Source: Campylobacterota bacterium (GTDB taxonomy: Bacteria; Campylobacterota; Campylobacteria; Campylobacterales; Sulfurovaceae). Taken from it: 22,255 nt of DNA. Of the stretch, positions 17,830 through 22,255 are shown one piece after another. Each line of letters starts with the position of its first letter. Position 1 is the first letter of the stretch. A model generated the notes under the pieces. The model saw only the letters and a list, made by a program, of their open reading frames with translations. It was not told the origin of the DNA and did not search any database. The DNA lies in assembly GCA_034722955.1 (NCBI GenBank), contig JAYEOM010000025.1, forward strand, positions 1 through 22,255, read 5' to 3'. Both the position numbers and the translations under genes were made by a program.

Positions 17830-19104
17830 GTGAGTATAGATATAGAAGAGGCGGTATTGAAGTACCATATAGGCGGAAAGATAGGTATAGAGACAACCAA
17901 ACCTTGTGATACACAAAAAGATCTATCTAAGGCATATACCCCAGGTGTAGCGATCCCTTGTCTAGAGATAGAGAGAGATGAGGAGTTAGCTTATAAATAT
18001 ACCAACAAAGGAAATCTCATAGCTGTCATCACAGATGGTACAGCTGTTCTTGGATTGGGTGATATCGGTGCTATCGCAGGCAAGCCGGTTATGGAGGGTA
18101 AATCTGTCCTTTTGAAGAAATTTGCCAATGTAGATGCCTTCGATATTGAACTGGATGTTCACTCTGTAGATGAGATCATCGCTACTTGCAAAGCTATAGC
18201 ACCTACATTTGGAGGTATCAACCTCGAAGATATCAAGGCACCTAAGTGTTTTGAGATTGAGACACGACTACAGGAGATGTTAGATATCCCAATTTTTCAT
18301 GATGATCAGCATGGTACAGCTATTATAACCTCCGCAGGATTGATGAATGCTCTGGAGTTAACCGGTAAAAAGATAGATGAGATCAAAGTAGTCGTCAATG
18401 GTGCAGGTGCGGCAGGGATCTCATGTGCCAAGATGTATAGGGCTTTGGGTGTAAAAAATCTATACATGTGTGATAGAGCAGGTGTGATCACGACAGATAG
18501 AGGAGATTTGAATCCACACAAAGAGCAGTTTGCTATGCAGACAGATGCAAAAACACTCTCGGATATCATAGATGGTGCTGATATGTTTTTGGGATTGAGC
18601 GGTCCAAGAGCTTTGACCAAAGAGATGGTTGCCAAGATGGCACCTGAGCCGATCATATTTGCCCTTGCCAATCCAGTACCCGAGATACTGCCCCAAGAGG
18701 TGCTAGAGGTGAGAGATGATGCCATCATGGGTACAGGTCGAAGTGACTATCCAAATCAAGTCAACAATGTACTTGGATTTCCATTTATCTTTCGTGGTGC
18801 ACTGGATGTCCGAGCCAAAAAGGTGACAGAGGGGATGAAGCTAGCAGCAGCTAAAGCTTTGGCAGAGTTGGCAAAACAGCCTGTTCCATACTATGTCAAA
18901 GCAGCCTATCACAATGAAGATCTTGCATTTGGAAAAGATCATATCATCCCACTCCCCTTTAACAAAGAGGTGTTGATATGGGTCGCTTCAGCAGTAGCCC
19001 AAGCAGCAGTCCAAGAGGGAGTAGCTAGAGTGACTGACTATGACCATGAAGCCTATAGGAAAAAGTTGAGATCTATGATATATGGTCATCAGGAAGGTAG
19101 TTAA
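17830..19104 (+). CDS. NAD(P)-dependent malic enzyme (MaeB-type catalytic part, no PTA domain)
   Basis: [48 protein letters not shown]. Confidence 0.93.
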   Translation: MSIDIEEAVLKYHIGGKIGIETTKPCDTQKDLSKAYTPGVAIPCLEIERDEELAYKYTNKGNLIAVITDGTAVLGLGDIGAIAGKPVMEGKSVLLKKFANVDAFDIELDVHSVDEIIATCKAIAPTFGGINLEDIKAPKCFEIETRLQEMLDIPIFHDDQHGTAIITSAGLMNALELTGKKIDEIKVVVNGAGAAGISCAKMYRALGVKNLYMCDRAGVITTDRGDLNPHKEQFAMQTDAKTLSDIIDGADMFLGLSGPRALTKEMVAKMAPEPIIFALANPVPEILPQEVLEVRDDAIMGTGRSDYPNQVNNVLGFPFIFRGALDVRAKKVTEGMKLAAAKALAELAKQPVPYYVKAAYHNEDLAFGKDHIIPLPFNKEVLIWVASAVAQAAVQEGVARVTDYDHEAYRKKLRSMIYGHQEGS

Positions 19105-19123
19105 AATTGAAATATGAGTAACT

Positions 19124-20524
19124 ATGTCAAAAATAGATAAAAGTCTTAAAACCTACATAGATCTCTATGGATTGATGCAGCTAGAGAGTAGCAGACGCGA
19201 AGATCATCGTCAGTTTGGACTGACGCATGAGTCACTGCTGAAGAGACCGGTAACTCTACTCTCTCGTTGGGTAGATGAGCATAGACACCTCCTAGGCAGA
19301 CCACTGTTGAGCGATAGACTCTTAGGAGTTGTATACTCAGCAACAGTGATACTCTTGGTCATTGCATTTTTTCTTGGTATCTTTGCTGGTATAGGGTTAC
19401 TCCGTTACAGTGGGGAAGAACCGGTCAATCTACTCTATTTTCTAGCGGCTGTTTTTCTCCTCCCTCTAGTCACTATGACGATGACACTCTTGGCGATGTT
19501 GAGAGCCAACCGATCAGAGAGTTTGCTAGTCAACATCTCACCGGCATACTGGATGGAGAGGATACTGCTGCTGCTTCCTGCAAAAAACCGTGAGATGATG
19601 GAAGATATTCAGATCAATCCTCTGATAGGAAACCACATAGTGATCAGGCGTTCTCAGGAGTTGGCACTCACCTTTTCTATAGGGCTATTTTTTGCTCTGA
19701 TCGGAGTAGTGGCGAGTGAAGATATCGCCTTTGGATGGAGTACAACGCTTCAGATCACTCCAGAGGAGTTTCACTCTTTTCTCTCTTGGGTTGCTCTGCC
19801 TTGGCGTGACTATCTTCCTGGGGCATTGCCATCATTAGAGCTGATAGAGAAGAGCCACTACTTTAGGTTGGGTGGAGAGCTGAGCCGTGAGATGATCAGT
19901 TCTGCTACTCTGCTAGGAGAGTGGTGGAAGTTTTTGGCTATGACTACACTCTGTTATGCACTACTCTTGAGATGGTTTATCTTTTTGTTGGCTAGCAGAG
20001 CTCTAAGGCATGCTATAGAGCGTGCAACCCTTTCTATGGATGGCGTAAGAGATATGCTCCGTGAGATGCAAGAGCCTCTCATCACTACAGAGGCAACTGT
20101 GCCGGAGCCACTCTTTGAGGAGAGTGATGATCTTGATATTGTTATTGATGGATCTATGAAAGAGCATTATGACTCTGTGATCGGCTGGGCACTTGATAGA
20201 GAGATGATCGTGATATTCAATGAGCTTAACGGGATAGATGTCGGAGTGATATATGAAGCAGGCGGATTGAACACTCTCGATGATGACCAGAAGGTGATCG
20301 ATGCTCTTGATGGAGATATCCTCTTTTATCTCAAAGCATGGGAGCCTCCTACTATGGACTTCATCGACTTCTTGACTGCACTTAGTGAAGATGAGAGTAG
20401 ATCAGTCACACTATACCCAGTCGGTACGACAGAGCAGGGTTATCGTGTCAAAGATGATGCTTTTGATATATGGGCAGAGAAGGTAGACAAGCTCAAATCT
20501 GCCAATATCAGGATGAAGAGATGA
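19124..20524 (+). CDS. DUF2868-like multi-pass membrane protein
   Basis: Four hydrophobic segments with LL.YSG..PVN, DIAFGWSTTL, LPW, WW.FL and a C-terminal AWEPPTMDF motif; coupled to the downstream GTPase. Confidence 0.7.
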   Translation: MSKIDKSLKTYIDLYGLMQLESSRREDHRQFGLTHESLLKRPVTLLSRWVDEHRHLLGRPLLSDRLLGVVYSATVILLVIAFFLGIFAGIGLLRYSGEEPVNLLYFLAAVFLLPLVTMTMTLLAMLRANRSESLLVNISPAYWMERILLLLPAKNREMMEDIQINPLIGNHIVIRRSQELALTFSIGLFFALIGVVASEDIAFGWSTTLQITPEEFHSFLSWVALPWRDYLPGALPSLELIEKSHYFRLGGELSREMISSATLLGEWWKFLAMTTLCYALLLRWFIFLLASRALRHAIERATLSMDGVRDMLREMQEPLITTEATVPEPLFEESDDLDIVIDGSMKEHYDSVIGWALDREMIVIFNELNGIDVGVIYEAGGLNTLDDDQKVIDALDGDILFYLKAWEPPTMDFIDFLTALSEDESRSVTLYPVGTTEQGYRVKDDAFDIWAEKVDKLKSANIRMKR

Positions 20525-21921
20525 GTGGTAGTTATCCCAAGTTTGCTGTAGTAGGACACCCCAACAAAGGCAAGAGCAGTATAGTATCTACGCTAGCACA
20601 TGATGAGAGTGTACAGATATCCAATACCCCAGGTACTACGACAATACAACGATCTTTCCCTCTCAAGATAGATGGAGAGATCATCTATGAACTCTTTGAT
20701 ACGCCGGGATTTCAAAGAGCTCGTGCTCTTTTGGCATGGCTCAACCAAGAGGAGGTGCCGGCAGACCAGAAAGCAGATAGAGTTAGACGCTTTGTCTATG
20801 AGCATAGCGATGATCCTCGTTTTCAAGATGAGGTAGAGTTGCTCAAGCCGATACTAGATGGAGCAGGGATCATCTATGTAGTCGATGGATCCAAGCCTTA
20901 TGGTGTAGAGTATGAAGCGGAGATGGAGATATTGCGTTGGACAGGAGAGCCATCTATGGCACTGATCAATCTGATCGATGATACAGACTATGTTCTTGAG
21001 TGGAGGAGGGCGTTGGAGCACTATTTTCGTATGGTTAGACTCTTCAACCCTATGGAAGCCAACTTTTCACAGCATATTGCACTACTAGATAGCATGTCAC
21101 AACTCAGAGAGGAGTGGACATCCTCTGTGAAGTCTTCTATAGAGATATTTGTACGCTATCAGAAGCAGAAGATCAATGACTCATCGGTTCTGATAACTGA
21201 GCTTATCATAGATTCACTCTCTTATGTATCTTCACTGCCCATAGCAGGAGAGGAGGCAACTCAGGAGGAGAGAGAGCTAGTATTAGAGATATACAAATCA
21301 CACTTGCGTCACTTAGAAGAGAGGAGTCAGAGAAAGATCGCTAAAGTATGGCACCATAGTCAACTCAAAAAAGAGATTGCAATACCGCTTTTTCAAGAGA
21401 TGGATCTCTTTTCAAAAGAGAGTGCTTCACTGTTCGGGCTGAGTAAAAAAGAGATGATATTTACTGGTGCAGCCGGAGGTGCCTTGAGTGGCTCTGGTGT
21501 TGATCTTATGTTTGGCGGAACCAGTTTTATGATGGGTACAGCTATCGGAGCGTTAGTTGGCGGAGCGGGTGCTATGTTTGGATTTCAAGAGATTGCCCAG
21601 ATGAAACTGTTGGGGCAAAAGCTAGGGAGCAGAAGAGTCGAAGCCGGTCCAATGCAAAATAGAAATTTCCCTTATATTCTGTTGCGTCGAATACTCTACT
21701 ATACACAAGAGGTTGCTACACGCCCCCATGCAGATAGAGCCAAGATTTCGATAGATGGTGAGGCACTGCTAGAGAGGAAGTGGATCGATGATAGTCGCAA
21801 AAAAGAGATGGAGAAACTGCATCAAGATTTTCGCAGTGCAACTACCATCAAAGAGAAGCAGTTTGATCTATATGAAGAGTTGATACGATCTATACTTCTA
21901 CAGGGTATTGAGTCTAACTAA
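20521..21921 (+). CDS. TRAFAC GTPase with DUF3482-like C-terminal domain
   Basis: G1 GHPNKGKS, G2 PGTT, G3 DTPG, G4-like NLID; Gly-rich hydrophobic hairpin GAAGGALSGSGVD...GTAIGALVGGAGA. ATG 20521 overlaps the upstream TGA (ATGA). Confidence 0.8.
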   Translation: MSGSYPKFAVVGHPNKGKSSIVSTLAHDESVQISNTPGTTTIQRSFPLKIDGEIIYELFDTPGFQRARALLAWLNQEEVPADQKADRVRRFVYEHSDDPRFQDEVELLKPILDGAGIIYVVDGSKPYGVEYEAEMEILRWTGEPSMALINLIDDTDYVLEWRRALEHYFRMVRLFNPMEANFSQHIALLDSMSQLREEWTSSVKSSIEIFVRYQKQKINDSSVLITELIIDSLSYVSSLPIAGEEATQEERELVLEIYKSHLRHLEERSQRKIAKVWHHSQLKKEIAIPLFQEMDLFSKESASLFGLSKKEMIFTGAAGGALSGSGVDLMFGGTSFMMGTAIGALVGGAGAMFGFQEIAQMKLLGQKLGSRRVEAGPMQNRNFPYILLRRILYYTQEVATRPHADRAKISIDGEALLERKWIDDSRKKEMEKLHQDFRSATTIKEKQFDLYEELIRSILLQGIESN

Positions 21922-22095
21922 GGCTACCCCAAGGAGATAAACACACAAATAGCTTCCCATATACGGCGTTAATCGTTTTTGTACCCCAAGGGCATTTCCT
22001 ACGGGCAATTAGCTAAGGCTAGTCCTGCAAACGATTACCTTGTCTATGAAAAACCTCATAAAGCTATTTGGGTGTTTATTTCATTGGGGTAGCCT
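21921..22095. mobile_element. MITE-like element, 175 bp
   Basis: 35-bp TIRs at 21921-21955 and 22061-22095 match 32/35; flanked by TA at 21919-21920 and 22096-22097; internal inverted repeat TAATCGTTT/AAACGATTA; too short to encode a transposase. Confidence 0.85.
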
Positions 22096-22098
22096 TAT

Positions 22099-22255
22099 CT
22101 ATTGTCCACTCCCAAGTAGTTGTTCAACACCCCAGAGTAGTGTAATAGTCAAAAATCCACCGGCAAATCCTGCCAGTACAGATGACCCTATCATACCTAA
22201 TCCCCCTTTGACATTGTTGCGGATCCATCCTATGGTAGATGGCTTCCAGCTGTCA
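22099..22255 (-). CDS. Phosphatidylglycerophosphatase A (PgpA)-like protein, 3' end only
   Basis: Manual translation gives ...DSWKPSTIGWIRNNVKGGLGMIGSSVLAGFAGGFLTITLLWGVEQLLGSGQ*, matching the PgpA C-terminal pattern D(I)WKP..IG.ID..VKGGLG.M.DD.LAG except for the acidic residues. Confidence 0.65.
   Translation of the reverse strand, partial: DSWKPSTIGWIRNNVKGGLGMIGSSVLAGFAGGFLTITLLWGVEQLLGSGQ

Noticed and set aside
20470..20520. N-terminal extension of the GTPase in the ORF track
   Set aside because: It overlaps the upstream gene; the ATGA-coupled start at 20521 places G1 at the usual N-terminal position.

Overview
AT-rich bacterial chromosomal window that looks like Campylobacterota (probably a Sulfurovum-like lineage), judged from gene order, protein sequences and TGnTATAAT-type promoters. 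The core content is a minus-strand run (3'-5' exonuclease, hisH, hisA, prmA, ftsH), a divergent LPS cluster (waaC, lpxL/htrB, O-antigen ligase, GT2, waaF, MsbA-like ABC transporter), then trpS, glyA, a DUF1882-like gene, malic enzyme, a DUF2868-like membrane protein plus GTPase pair, and the 3' end of a PgpA-like gene. Accessory DNA: (i) bases 1-1720 hold the 5' end of a RAYT/Y1 transposase (not in the ORF track), a 41-bp tandem duplication, inverted GGGGTCAG motifs, a 5'-truncated vapC, a candidate ~97-nt sRNA, REP/MITE remnants and an FxLYD-domain membrane protein; (ii) an ABC-ATPase + TOPRIM-like gene pair sits inside the his operon; (iii) a 175-bp MITE lies between convergent genes near the right end. 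The most striking observation is that the FxLYD protein directly downstream of ftsH has a transmembrane helix 17/20 identical to FtsH's own TM2 while using mostly different codons, which suggests an FtsH-TM-mimicking adaptor or regulator. Family names come from motif recognition by eye; no database search was run.
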